The position numbers were made by a program, and so were the translations under genes. A stretch of DNA of 63,801 nt, counting the filler, from Octopus bimaculoides (taxonomy: Eukaryota): NCBI RefSeq assembly GCF_001194135.2. It is 7 parts of 7 records of this genome, joined end to end, with 100 filler letters (N's around TTAATTAATTAA, not from the genome) between each part and the next. Parts side by side here need not be neighbours in the genome. Positions count along the whole stretch, not along the records: positions 15,534 to 30,981 come from NC_069009.1; positions 31,082 to 49,421 come from NC_068996.1; 5 more parts are not named here. The stretch is one strand, 5' to 3'. The notes under the pieces are model-generated. The model was not told where the DNA came from and did not search any database. It was given only the letters and a program-made list of their open reading frames with translations. Below are positions 27,113-39,520 of this stretch, one piece after another (positions within the stretch are counted from its first letter, which is position 1; each line of letters starts with the position of its first letter).

Positions 27113-27149
<37 letters not shown>

Positions 27150-27197
27150 CATTGATAGATATATATATACACATACATATATATATAATATATACAT

Positions 27198-27240
<43 letters not shown>

Positions 27241-27359
27241 AATTATATATATGTACATATATATTATCATTAGTAGTAGTAGTCAAACTACTACTACTAC
27301 TTAAAACAGTCTCATTGTATTTATATTGTATTGTATATGCATATACATACACACCGACC

Positions 27360-27407
<48 letters not shown>

Positions 27408-27434
27408 TACATATATGTATACCTNNNNNNNNNN

Positions 27435-27488
<54 letters not shown>

Positions 27489-27829
27489 GCATACATACAT
27501 ACCTACCTACATACATACATACACACATACATACACACACACATACACACGTACATACACACATATACATACACACATATACATACATACATACATACAT
27601 ACATACATACATACACGTATACTTACATACATATAAAAGTATACACAAATACATCTGCTCGCGGAAAGGGGCTGGAAATAAAATTAAGGTCTCTTCTCCA
27701 ACTCGACCGTCTCCCTCCCTTCCGCTTCGCCTCTTTTGGAGAGCCGAAGGTATGGGAGTAGGTGTGAGTGGGTGGTGGCGGAGGTAAGAAGTCGGGGGGT
27801 CGGTGAAAGGGGTTTCAAGTGTTTTCAAG

Positions 27830-27933
27830 TGTGAAGGTCAGCAAGCACTCCTGACAATGAAGTTAACTTTCGAGACTGGGAACATAATAACGTCTAGCGC
27901 AAGCCTGGTTTCCTGAATACAGTTTGTGTATGT

Positions 27934-27969
<36 letters not shown>

Positions 27970-28458
27970 GAGAATAGGTGTCTTTATATATGGCTAGGTG
28001 CGCGTATGTGTGTGTGTGTGTATATCTGTACATATGCGTGCATGAGCCCTGTTGCCAGACATACGCTCTTCCAGCAGCCGCCCTCTTGACCCAGCGTAGC
28101 ACTACCTCCTTCGGGAACTTGATGTAGGCCTCCGTGTTGAGTCTGAGGCCGTCTGGGAAGGTAAAGGGAGGCATAGCGTCACCATCACTAGTGATCACTC
28201 CAAACACCACGATCTTGAGTGGATGTTTGGTTTTTATCACTCTGGGTACATGTTTTGGGGACACGACAAACCAACGGTTGTCCTGTGTTCACCATCTCTT
28301 CATATCTGAGCTTCAAAGCATTACAGCGTGTCGTTTCCAAATTTCTGGCAGAGTGAATTACGTCGTGGTGCTGTTTTTCTCACAGACGGTGCCCAACTGA
28401 CCCTACTATAGTGTGTAGTCGACAAAATCAAAAACAAATAATTACCCATCGCACCCTG
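27830..28458 (-). mobile_element. Tc1/mariner relic, internally deleted, with (CA)n insertion
   Basis: KTKHPLKIVVFGVITSDGDAMPPFTFPDGLRLNTEAYIK..YVWQQ; TA-CAGGGTGCGATGGGTAA terminus at 28458; same family as 51694-52107. Confidence 0.85.
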
Positions 28459-28509
28459 TATATTAATGTATGCATGTATGTATGTATGTGTATGCGTGTG
28501 TACATATGT

Positions 28510-28730
28510 GTGTGTTTGTACCTGTGTTTGTCACCCACCCACCGTTTGTGAATCGGTGTCGGTGAGTTTACGTCTCACTAACCTAGCCTTTCGGCCAAAG
28601 AATCCCACGCAGTAAGTACTTGGCTTTATAAAAAGAAACAGCTACTGGCGTGGATTTGTTCGACTAAAATTCTTCAAGGTGGTGCCCCAGCCGGGCCGCA
28701 ATCAAATGGCTTAAACTAGTAAAAATAAAA
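28510..28730 (+). mobile_element. CORE-SINE tail
   Basis: gtttacgtctcactaacctagc..gttcgactaaaattcttcaaggtggtgcccc. Confidence 0.75.
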
Positions 28731-29299
28731 ATATGTACGTGTATGTGTGTGCGTGTATGTGTGTCGCTTCAGTCCGTCAGTAGAGATTTGATTTTGATAA
28801 AATCCTATTAGTGGTGTACCTACGATACGAACCAATACCTATATCTTGAAATTGCAGTGAACACACACACACACACACACACACGTACATTTGCTAATTA
28901 TACAGCCTCGTTACAATAGAAAAACATCACATCCTATAAACGACATCTTACTCCATTTATCCAGCTCGCTTTACAATACCTACCTGATGGTAACCATCAC
29001 AGCGACACACAGACTAATTATTACAGCCCCATCTACCGGAAACGTTATGTAACTTAACAACACAGTGTTTCCCTGTCGACAAGTTCTGTAGCTCTACAGA
29101 CATTGATATTGTTAGAAGACCACGTGTACATCAGTATTTCCTGACCTATTTTCGCCCAGGCCCCACTTATAACTTTCCAGAAAAATATCTGCCCTTCCGG
29201 TGGTTGTATAAAAACTACCTGAGTTTTAATATTTTAATCAAAATTATTTAATACAAAAGATTCTACCGGTAATTCTTTTATTAAGGATTGAGTATGAAA

Positions 29300-29710
29300 C
29301 ATGCTTCCTAACCACATGATTCTGGGTTCAGTCCCACTGCATGGCACCTTGGGCAAGTGCCTTCTACTATAGCCTAGATGCCCACCAAAGCCTTGTAAGT
29401 GGATTTGGTAGACGGAAACTGAAAGAAACCCATTGTAAACATATGTATATGTGCGTGTGTGTCTGTGTGTGTGTGTGTGCGTGCGTTTTTTGTGTGCGTG
29501 CGTGTTGTGCCTCACCACCGCTTGACAACCGGTGCTGGTATGGTTACGTCCTTACAACATAGCGGCTCGGCAAAAGAGGCCGATAGAACAAGTTCAAAGC
29601 TTAAAAAAAGAGAATAAGTACTGAGGTTGATTCATTCGATTAAATATTCTTCAAGGCAGTAGTGCCCCAGCATGGCCGAAATCTAATAACTGAAACGAGG
29701 AAAAGATAAA
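29300..29710 (+). mobile_element. CORE-type SINE
   Basis: aaccacatgattctgggttcagtcccactgcatggcaccttgggcaagtg through tail actgaaacgaggaaaaga. Confidence 0.85.
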
Positions 29711-29743
29711 AGATAGGGACCACGAAAAAAAGAGTGAATCACT

Positions 29744-30022
29744 TCAATGAGTACCTTGTGCCTGGTGACTATGGCAGATTTCCTTGATTCGAGGAGACAA
29801 TTTTTTTAGCTTCAACCATAAATCACCACGTTTTGTAGTTTCAAGTCTATTTCTCTTGACTAAAAGCAAGCCATCAACAGTACTAAAGTCACATTCAACC
29901 AAATAAGACGTGGGGAAATGAATCATAAGTTCCTTTGCTGAAATAGCAGTGTTAGGGGGTTTCCTTTCAACGTCATCAGATAACGATATCTTGGAACCTT
30001 TCATTTTGAACAAAGTATTCAC
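29744..30022 (-). pseudogene. hAT (Charlie/Buster-type) transposase C-terminal dimerisation-domain relic
   Basis: HFPTSYLVECDFSTV..KRNRLETTKRGDLWL..HQAQGTH resembles the FPTSYLxExGFS..KRNRL..H motif of Buster-like transposases. Confidence 0.8.
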
Positions 30023-30714
30023 GGATTCTTTTGCATAAAATAATGGATCTCACGCCCCACCACAATTTTCACAGGCATCACTGGTGTACATCCTCTGCCC
30101 TGTTAAAGAGTGGTGCGGTATCACTTTGATTCGAATTATGCAGCTGACTGTGCCATGCCAGCTCCCCAAAGTGACATCGTGGGTGCATTGTTCAACAGGA
30201 ATAATTCTAACCCAGTTGGTACTAGTCAGTTCACATTGCAGTCGATGTAAACGACGTTGGCAACAATCCAAAAATTATTCTGAATTTTCTGCAGGTAAAG
30301 GGTAGTCCCTCCTCACGGCTATGACACATTTTCCCACAGCCGTTTCGATGCTGCTTATTTGCTGTTGCTGAGTCGACGGTGATATATTTGACATAAGACG
30401 TTTCCATGCGTTTCTCGTCCCATCCCTTTTTCTCTCTCTCCCCTCTCTCTCTCTCACGCTTTCTCTCTTTCTCTCATTCTCTCTCCCTTTGTCTCTATGC
30501 GTGTGAGGATTGCATCAACATGTGTATGTATATGTTTGTTTAAAGCAAGAAGGAATAAAGGTATATTAAAAAACATACAAGACAAACTTTTGATTTATTG
30601 AAACTTGCAAACTATCTCCGCTTATTGCCGGTTGGTGCCAACACCAAATGAGAAAGGAAGATCATCTTAAAGAACAAGAATACTGATGTATATATATATA
30701 ACGAAAAATATATA

Positions 30715-30795
30715 AAAATAAACAGAAACAGGTGAAAGAACAACAAACTGCGTATTAGTTTGACGATGAGCAAAAGTGAGAGAAGTCTTTAACGC
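30715..30795 (-). mobile_element. 3' fragment of the ribozyme-bearing element at 52.9 kb
   Basis: Reverse complement aaagacttctctca..aaactaatac..tttgttgtt..cacctgt aligns with 52929-52990. Confidence 0.6.
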
Positions 30796-31081
30796 GCACG
30801 TGCGCGCGAATGTGTGTAACACATATATGTGTGTGTGTGTCTGTGCGTGTGTGTGTGCGCGCTTGCGCGCGTGCGTGTTTGCTGATGTTTATATATACTT
30901 TTGTATGTATATATGAATATACCTATATGATATTTAACATATATATAAGATATATATACATATTATGCATAATATATATATNNNNNNNNNNNNNNNNNNN
31001 NNNNNNNNNNNNNNNNNNNNNNNNNTTAATTAATTAANNNNNNNNNNNNNNNNNNNNNNNNNNNNNNNNNNNNNNNNNNNN

Positions 31082-31310
31082 TATGTATGTGTTTGTGTGT
31101 CTGTGTTTGTCCCCCCCAACATTGCTTGACAACCGATGCTGGTATGTTTACGTCCCCGTAACTTAGCGGTTTGGCAAAAAGAGACCGATAGAATAAGTAC
31201 TAGGCTTATAAAGAATAAGTCCTGGGGTTGATTTGCTCGACTAAAGGTGGTGCTCCAGCATGGCCACAGTCAAATGACTGAAACAAGTAAAAGAGAGTAA
31301 AAGAGTAAAG
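31082..31310 (+). mobile_element. CORE-SINE tail
   Basis: gcttgacaaccgatgctggt..ctcgactaaaggtggtgctccagcatggcc..gaaacaagtaaaag. Confidence 0.85.
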
Positions 31311-31497
31311 AGATCTGTGGAGCACAAAGAACTGGATTCTTCACAATGATAATGCACCTTGTCACCAAGTTCGCCTCACTCATGAGTTTCTCACCAAAAA
31401 CAACATGGTATTGCTTCCACTCCTGCCCTATTCACCAGATTTAGCACCTGCAGACTTTCATCTCTTCCCCAAGATGAAGATATAGTTCAAAGGTGAC
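31311..31497 (+). pseudogene. mariner transposase catalytic-region relic
   Basis: WILHNDNAPCH..FLTKNNM..LPYSPDLAPADFHLFPKMK with an in-frame stop. Confidence 0.9.
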
Positions 31498-32031
31498 TAT
31501 TAACAACAATATCGTGTATGGCACTTGAAATGATGATGTTGGAGTTTCATCGCAATTTTGGAGAGAATATATAAGCAATACGCTGTGACTATTTACAAAA
31601 ATAGTTCAAAGGTTGCAGTTTTAACACCATTTATTTTCAGTCACTACAATTGTTTCTACACAACATGAATGAATATGTAGCGGATAAGGATATACGTGAA
31701 CAAAGGTTATCTTAAGGCAACAACGAGGAAGATGAAACTATTAAAATTGTATTTACATGTTGACATGGTAATGAAATAGACAGAATAATGAAAAGAACTA
31801 ATAAGGGGTTTATGATTTGCACAGAAATAGAAGAGTAAATGAATGAGGTTGAAAAGACAAAATTTCTTATCTGAGCATCTTCTGAGATTCGTATTCTTCA
31901 GCATACATATGTAGATACATACATCCATGTATACTAGACACATAGACAGACATGCATACAAACATATAGCAATACAACCAGACCTACACATGCATGGATA
32001 GGGGGAAGGGGAGAGGAAGAGAGTTCACTGA

Positions 32032-32086
<55 letters not shown>

Positions 32087-32170
32087 TACTGTGTTGTATC
32101 TGGAAAATGCAAATTTGACACAGTGACGATATCTTGGGTGCTTGTTTACCAAGTTTTTGATACTTAACAG

Positions 32171-32367
32171 AATGCACAAGGCTTCCTCAAAGACAAGTAA
32201 CATATATTATGGGGGTGTGCATTTTTTTTATTATTGACCATTCTATTTCATATTTATTTTTCCTTCTTTTAATCTCCATTTTAGGTTCACTAGTGATGCT
32301 GGTGGTATCTTTTGGAATGAGGAGATATGGTTCAATGGACATTGAATTGATTTTCAGAAGCTCCTAT
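32171..32367 (+). CDS. Two candidate small exons (32171-32196, 32285-32367) of an unknown gene
   Basis: ttaacag| acceptor, |gtaaca donor, 88-bp T-rich intron, ccattttag| acceptor, |gtatgc donor. The spliced sequence reads NAQGFLKDKFTSDAGGIFWNEEIWFNGH* or MHKASSKTSSLVMLVVSFGMRRYGSMDIELIFRSSY. Product not recognised. Confidence 0.35.
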
Positions 32368-32631
32368 GTATGCCTATTTATGTTGTGATGTAGTGATTGT
32401 GCATTTGTATATGATGTTTTTTTGGCATACATTGGTTCATGAGCAGACATGCAGTTTTTTTTCAATTATCAATTCACACATGACAGAAGCCCAAACGTAA
32501 ACCTGGAAGTACGTATAATACTACTACTGGATAGCACAGGGGAAATCTGAAGATGGACAAGCTTTATACTGTACTACATTCTTAACAGAATATATCATAA
32601 CTATATATATATTATATATATATTGATGCAT

Positions 32632-33290
32632 TGGGCCTCACCGAGGCGATGACTTCTGACCGAGACCTTTGGAAATATGCTGTGCGTGAGAAGACCCGAC
32701 AAGCCAAGGGAGACCTAAATCCAAGGCTTCTGCCAGAGGTGTAGCCAGTCCACTTATGCGTACCTTTCCTTCATTGGACACTAAATTCCGCTTGTGAAGA
32801 CCTGTTGATGCAAGTGAAATCGAAACCAAACTAAATTCGACGATTGGCACCCATGCCAACGTCATCTCCTTCATTGGACACAAAACTCAGCTTGCGAAGA
32901 CCTATTGGGACAAGCGAAAGCAAAATCGTGATGGCACCTGTGCCCAGCGTCACATTTCTGGCACTTGTGCCCATGGCATGTGTAAGGACTTTCGAGCGAG
33001 ATCGTTGCCAGTGCCCTTGGACTGGCTCTTGTGTGGCACATAAAATACATCATTTTGAGCATGGCCATTGCCAGTACCGCTTGACTGGCTTTCGTGCCGG
33101 TGGCACGTAAAAGCACACACTACACTCTCGGAGTGGTTGGCGTTAGGAAGGGCATCCAGCTGTAGAAACTCTACCAGATCAGATTGAAGCCTGGTGTAGC
33201 CATCTGGTTTCACCAGTCCTCAGTCAAATTGTCCAACCCATGCTAGCATGGAAAGCAGACGTTAAACGATGATGATGATGATGATGATGA
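32632..33290 (+). mobile_element. 5'-truncated RTE LINE: ORF C-terminus, 3'-UTR and (GAT)n tail
   Basis: LGLTEAMTSDRDLWKYAVREKTRQAK matches the C-terminus at 36944-37030; ends gttaaac(gat)n. Confidence 0.85.
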
Positions 33291-33504
33291 TACATACACA
33301 CACATACACACAATGGGATTCCATTGAAAGTATTGGTAGTNNNNNNNNNNNNNNNNNNNNNNNNNNNNNNNNNNNNNNNNNNNNNNNNNNNNNNNNNNNN
33401 NNNNNNNNNNNNNNNNNNNNNNNNNNNNNNNNNNNNNNNNNNNNNNNNNNNNNNNNNNNNNNNNNNNNNNNNNNNNNNNNNNNNNNNNNNNNNNNNNNNN
33501 NNNN

Positions 33505-33560
<56 letters not shown>

Positions 33561-33812
33561 AAGTAGTTTCTGTTCCAGTTTGTTCTTGGTGATTATAGCC
33601 CAAAACCCCAATATATGATATCCAAAGAATATTTTTGTATTTTAATACTTACTGAGGGATTTAGATTTAGATAAATGAAAGAGTATCAAATGAAAAATCA
33701 GTATGTAACCTGATGCTCACTTCTAATTTCAGTTTTTTTCCTTCCTTTTTGATTTGGGTTTTTTTTTTGTTCATGCTTGTTTTTTTCTTTCTTTGTCATG
33801 TTTTATGTTCAG

Positions 33813-33869
33813 GTCTGCTATTTATGCCTGATGCCACATATGGTTTTTAAAATATCATTTACCAATTAA
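33813..33869 (+). CDS. Candidate downstream exon
   Basis: Long T-rich tract then ttcag|; frame 0 gives VCYLCLMPHMVFKISFTN*, another frame gives LLFMPDATYGF*. Confidence 0.2.
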   Translation, partial: VCYLCLMPHMVFKISFTN

Positions 33870-34074
33870 TAACTCATAAAGCTAACAAAAGTTAAAGAGT
33901 AAAGAAGCATTGATTAGGAATGGATATAGAACAGGAAGTGGAAATGGTAATAGATACAGAATTGGTAATGCTGCCAAAACAAACTCCATTATCACAAAAA
34001 TGGTTATATGGCAGCTAATAATGAATTGCTTGTGATGACTAGAGGGAAATATTTATAGATTTATTATCTATCTA

Positions 34075-34195
34075 GGCACAGGCATGGCTGTGTGGTTAGG
34101 AAACTCACTTTACAACCAATTGATTTCAGATTCAGTCCCACTGCACAGCACCTTGGGCAAGTTGTTTTCTGCTACAGCCCCAGGCTGACAAAAGT
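34075..34195 (+). mobile_element. CORE-type SINE 5' fragment
   Basis: ggcacaggcatggctgtgtggttagg..gcaccttgggcaagt. Confidence 0.75.
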
Positions 34196-34209
34196 CAGGT
34201 TAACTACAT

Positions 34210-36497
34210 TCTCAATAGAAAACAGGACAGACAGATATTTCTGAATGCAAAGTCCTTCCCAGGTGAGGAATATACAACCCAAAATAGGTTAGTAGCTAGC
34301 AACTTCAAACTTAGAGCTAAAAGGACTCAGTGATAGGTACCAATCTGCAAAAGCAAGTTATGGAAGCTTAAAGATTAAGTGAACAGTCAGAAATTTAAAA
34401 GAAGTAAATTTGAAACATTTGATGAGAAGGAGGAGGTGATAGCAACTTACAATGTAGAGGAGAACTGAAAGTTCCTTCAAGACAAATTATTGATGACAAT
34501 GGATCAAATTTGTGGCTGGTGCAAAGTTCTAACCAGACTATGAGTAACATGGCGGTGGAAAAGTAAAGTTAACAGAATCAAAAAAGCAAAGAGACAGGTT
34601 GGGAAGGACTGGAAAAATGGGGAGAGCAGAGAAATATGGAGGTGTCTAGAAGAGAAGCTGGGTAGCAGGTCTACCTGGTAAATGGAGAAGTTGAAAGGAA
34701 GAGGTTTGCTAATGTTCTAGAGCATGAGAATCAGAGGCATAAGGTTTTCAAGATAGTAAGACAGTGTATTAGAGAAAACTGAAATGTTGTAGGAGAGAAG
34801 TGTATATGAATGGATGATGATACACTTGCTTTGATGATTCTGAAAGGAAAGAGGCGTGGAATTGGCTACTATGAAAGGCTGCTAAATGTGGAGAATGCAT
34901 GGGAGAAGGAGAGTTTTCCTAACAGGGGCCCAATGGAAGGGCCAGCTATCCTGGTTAACAGCAGTATGATAGATAAAGCAAAATTAAGGATATAAAGACA
35001 GGGAAAGCCCCAGGCCCATCAGGAATTATCACAGAGGTGTTTAAAATATCTGGCACAGTTGTTGGCACTCCGTCGCTTACGACGTCGAGGGTTCCAGCTG
35101 ATTCAATCAAAGGAACAGCCTGCTCGTGAAATTAACATGCAAGTGGCTGAGCACTCCACAGACATGAGTACCCTTAACGTAGTTCTCAGGGATATTCAGT
35201 GTGACACAGTGTGACAAGGCTGACCCTTTGAATTACAGGCACAACAGAAACAGGAAGTAAGAGTGAGAGAAAGTTGTGGTGGAAGAATACAGCAGGGTTC
35301 ACCACCATCCCCTGCCAGAGCCTCGTGGAGCTTTTAGGTGTTTTCGCTCAATAAACACTCACAATGCCCGGTCTGGTAATTGAAACCGCGATTCTTTGAC
35401 CACGAGTCCACTGCCCTAACCACTGGGCCATTGCACCTCCACGATCTGGCACAGTAGGATACAGCCTAGTCATCCTTGTAGTTAATCAGGTTGTTTGGAA
35501 AGAAATCATACTCAATGACTGATGTAGTGACATTATAGTCAACTGCTACAAAGGTCAAGACAGAAGTAATTACAGAAGTATGAAATTACTGGATCAAGTC
35601 ATGGAAGCTACAGAAAGAGTCATAGCTCAACTAATTAGGAAGAGAGTTAATCTAGATCAGATGCACTTTGATTTTGTGCTAGGGAGGAGCACTACTGGTA
35701 CACTTTTCATAGTAAAGCAACTGTAGAAGTATTTAGCCAAAAACAAAGCACTGTACTTGGCATTTATTGACATGGAGAAAGTCTTTGACAGGGTCCCTAT
35801 TTTAACATCTGATGGTTACTGCCAAAGCTTGGGATAGATGAATAGTAGGTGAAAGCTGTCCAAGTCATGTACAGAGGTGCTATCAACAAGGGGAGAATTA
35901 GAAATGAGTATAGCAATGAATTTAACGTGCAGTAGGAGTTCACCAGTGCTAAGTTTTCAGTCCTCTCTTATTTACCATAGTCCTCCAGACCATAACAGAG
36001 GAATTTAAAAGTAGTTACCCGTGGAAACTTTTCTATGCTGATGACCTCATTCTTATTACCAAATCTGTAGTAGAATTAAAAAAGAAGTTCAACTAATTCA
36101 TGAAAATAGACAAACTACTAATCCCTTCAGGAGATGGCCCTGTTCAATGTGTAAAAAGGTAAGGTAGAAATTCTGTACAGTATACCAAGTGCAAACTATG
36201 GACACAGGAGGTAAAGTGGAATCACAGGAAGGTTAACAGAGAAAGTAGTCTTTGTGTGTGGCAGATGTGCAGGTACAATGAACTCTAAGAATGTACAGAA
36301 ACCAGATTTCCTCAAAGACCCAAGAGGATCCTTGAAGTAGATAGTTTCCATTACCTACATGATCTAATTAACAGTAGAAGAGTTTGTTCTGAAAGTATAG
36401 TAATTAGAATAAGAGTAGGATGGAGTAAGTTCAAAGAGTTATCAATTGTTGGCAACAAAATGTCTTTCTCACAGAGTGAAAAACAGCTTCTATGATG
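34210..36497 (+). mobile_element. Degenerate RTE LINE (endonuclease end to RT), multiple stops
   Basis: NAKSFPGEEYTTQNRLV; AFIDMEKVFDRVP; FYADDLIL near 36030; homologous to 37380-38447 (-). Confidence 0.85.
35060..35443 (-). mobile_element. Third SINE family copy inserted in RTE with 12-bp TSD
   Basis: atctggcacagt at 35048-35059 and 35444-35455; tRNA-like head at right end; same family as 55426-55780. Confidence 0.9.
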
Positions 36498-36499
36498 CT

Positions 36500-38447
36500 T
36501 CATCATCATCCTCATCATCATTTAATGTCTGTTTTCCATGCTAGCATGGGTTGGACGGTTTGACTGAGGTCTGGAGAGGCAACGGCTGCACCAGGCTCCA
36601 ATCTGATCTGGCAGAGTTTCTACAGCTGGATGCCCTTCTTAATGCCAACCACTCCGAGAGTGTAGTGGGTGCTTACACACCACCAGCACAGGAGCCAGTC
36701 TGGCATCAATCACGTTCGGATAGTACTTTTTACATGCCACCGGCACAGGGGCTAGTCAGGCAGACCTGGCATCAACTGCATTCGGATGGTGCTTTTTATG
36801 TGCCACTGGCACAGGAGCCAGCCAGGGGGCACTGGCCACAGCTACAATACTGGTTTTACTTGACTCAACAGGTCTTCTCAAGCATATATCTCATGACACA
36901 TCAGGGATACTCTTAACTGGGTCAGACATGCATGGCTGCAATCTCACTTTAGTTGCCAAATCTTCTCAATCACAGCATATCTCCAAAGGTCTTGGTCTCC
37001 TATCATTGCCTCTTTGAGACCCAATGTTTGAAGGTCATGTTTCACCATCTTATCCCATATCTTCTTGGGTCTACCTCTACCATGGGTTCCTTCCACAGTT
37101 AGGGAGTGACACTTTCTGTTCCTCATCCATACATAAGACATGACCATACCAGCACAGTCGTTTCTCTTGCACACCACATCTGATGCTTCTTATACCCAAC
37201 TTTTCTCTCAAGGCGCTTACATTCTGTTGTGTATGCACACTGACATTACACATCCAGCGGATCATACTAGCTTCATTTCTTTCAAGCCTATGCATGTCTT
37301 CAGTAGTGATGGCCTAAGTTTCACTGCTGTGTAGCATGGCAGTTCACACACATGCATCATACAGTCTACCTTTCATCCTGAGTGAGAAGCCCTTAGTTGC
37401 TAGCAGAGATAGGAGCTCCCTGAACTTTGCCCAGGCTATTCTTATTCTAGCCGCTACACTCTCAGGGCAACCACCCCCACTACAACTTGGTCACCTAGAT
37501 AGCGGAAGCTATCAACTACTTCTAGTTTCTTCCCCTGGCATGTGATGGAATCTGTTGTCTGAACATTTTCAGTGTTTATTACCCCTGTGCATTTGCCCTA
37601 CACAAAACCTATTTTCCCGGTTAACTTTCCTTTGATATTGCTGCACCTCTTATGTGTCCATAGCTTACACTGGGTACATCGTATGGAGTTTCTACCCACA
37701 CCTTTACTACAGATTAAGCAGGGCCATCTACATGAAGGGGATTGTGGTTTGACAGCCTTCCTACTTACTAAGACTTTGGATTTTGCTAGGTTGGCCCTAA
37801 GGCCCTTTGATTCTAGACCTTGCTTCCACACCCTAAACTTCGTCTCTAGTTCTGGCAGTGACTCAGCTATTAGGGCAAAGTCAACAGCATAGAGGAGCTC
37901 CCAGGAACAGCCTGTCTTGAATTTCTCTGTTATTGCCTGGAGGACCATAATGGATAAGAGGGGGCTGAGGACTGATCCTTGGTGAACCCTTACTTCTACT
38001 TGGAATTCATCCCTATTCTCGTTGCCAGCCCTCAGCTTACTGACAGCATCCCTGTGCAGGGCTTGTACAGCTCTTACTAACCACTTATCTATTCCCAGTT
38101 TCCACATTAACCACCAGATAAGGGATCGGGGGACCCTGTCAAAGGCTTTCTCCAAGTCAACAAAAGCCAGGTACAGAGGTTTATCTTTGTACAGAGGTTT
38201 ATCTCCTGCAGCTGTCTTACCAGAAATATAGCATCAGTGGTGCCTCTGCCTGTTGCAAAACCATCTAGGCTAACTCTCTCCCTAATTAGTTGGGCTATGA
38301 CCCTCTCTGTAACTTTCAGCACCTGATCCAATAATTTGATACCCCTATAGTTATTTCTATCTAAAGCATCACCTTTACCCTTGTAGCAGTTGACTATGGT
38401 GCTGCTACACCAGTCATTGGGTATGACTCTTTCATGAACTACCTGAT
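36500..38447 (-). mobile_element. 5'-truncated RTE LINE with RT domain, 3'-UTR and (GAT)n tail; frameshifted
   Basis: ORFs 38107-38466, 37598-38155, 37077-37295 and 36944-37177: NYRGIKLL, GRGTTDAIF, MEKAFDRVPR, HQGSVLSPLL, LLYAVD, RGRGRPKKIW. Confidence 0.93.
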
Positions 38448-38944
38448 TATATATATATATATGCATCTAGTCAATAGCCACAAAGAAAATACTGCTGTAA
38501 ACATTTGCTGTATGAAAGAAATATCAATGTTTCCTTATATTAAATATTTCCATTAATTCTGGAAGAAGTTCAACTTGTATTAACTCCACATCCTGGTGGT
38601 ACATTTAAGAGATTTTAAATACATTCCCTAAATATAAATCAATTTGCGCTTTAATTTCATTTACATTCTTCTTTGGCTGGAGGTTTTCTATTGATACTGT
38701 TGTTGCTTAGACATAATGCAGCCTCGTTACAGCAGACAATGCTCATCCTGTAGTTTGGGGATATTTTTTTTTCTTGAACAACAACCTCCCTTTGCAACCA
38801 CGTGGTTTTGGGCTCAATCCTACTGTACCACAGCATCTTGGACAAGTATCTATCACAATGTCTTGTGAGTAATTTTTGGGAGGTGTAAAATACATTGTGT
38901 GTGTGTGTGTGTGCGCTCGTGTGTATGTGTGTGCGTGTGTGAAC

Positions 38945-39250
38945 GTGCATGGCTCAGAGGTTAGAGCATTGGGTTCATAATCATAAGATAGTGAGTTCTT
39001 ATCCTAAACCAGGCTGTGTGTTGTGTTCTTGAGCAAAGCACTTTATTTTACGTTACTCCAGTTCATTCAGCTGTAGAAATGAGTTGTGATGTCACTGGTG
39101 TCAAGCCATATTAGCCTTTACCTTTCCCTTGGAAAGAGGCATGGATAAGGGAGGCTGATATGAATGGGAAACTGCTGGTCTTCCATAAACAACCTTGCCT
39201 GGACTTGTGCTTTGAAGGATAACTTTCTAGGTCATTTATGACTAAATTAG
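38945..39250 (+). mobile_element. Fourth SINE type (gtgttcttgagcaaagcacttta core)
   Basis: tRNA-like head; aligns with 54200-54550 (-). Confidence 0.75.
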
Positions 39251-39257
39251 GTCTTTC

Positions 39258-39520
39258 GTCATCATCATTTAACATCTGTCTTCCATGCTGGCATGGGTGG
39301 GACAGTTTGACAGGAGCTGGCCAGGCAGAAGCCTGCATCAGACTTCTGTGTCTATTTTGGCAGGATTTTTACAGCTGACATCCTCCCTAACATCAACCAC
39401 CTAGCAGAGTGGGGTGAGTACTTTTTATATGACACAAGCACAGATGAGGTCAGTTTTGGCAAGGCTTTTATTGCGGGAAGCCTTTTCAAATGTGAACCAC
39501 TTTACAGTGTGGACTGGATG
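39258..39520 (-). mobile_element. RTE-tail fragment
   Basis: catcatcatttaacatctgtcttccatgctggcatggg..ttttacagctgacatcctccctaac. Confidence 0.7.

Noticed and set aside
29960-29985. CUGAUGA-cguu-GAAA on the minus strand
   Set aside because: Lies in hAT coding sequence; no helices.
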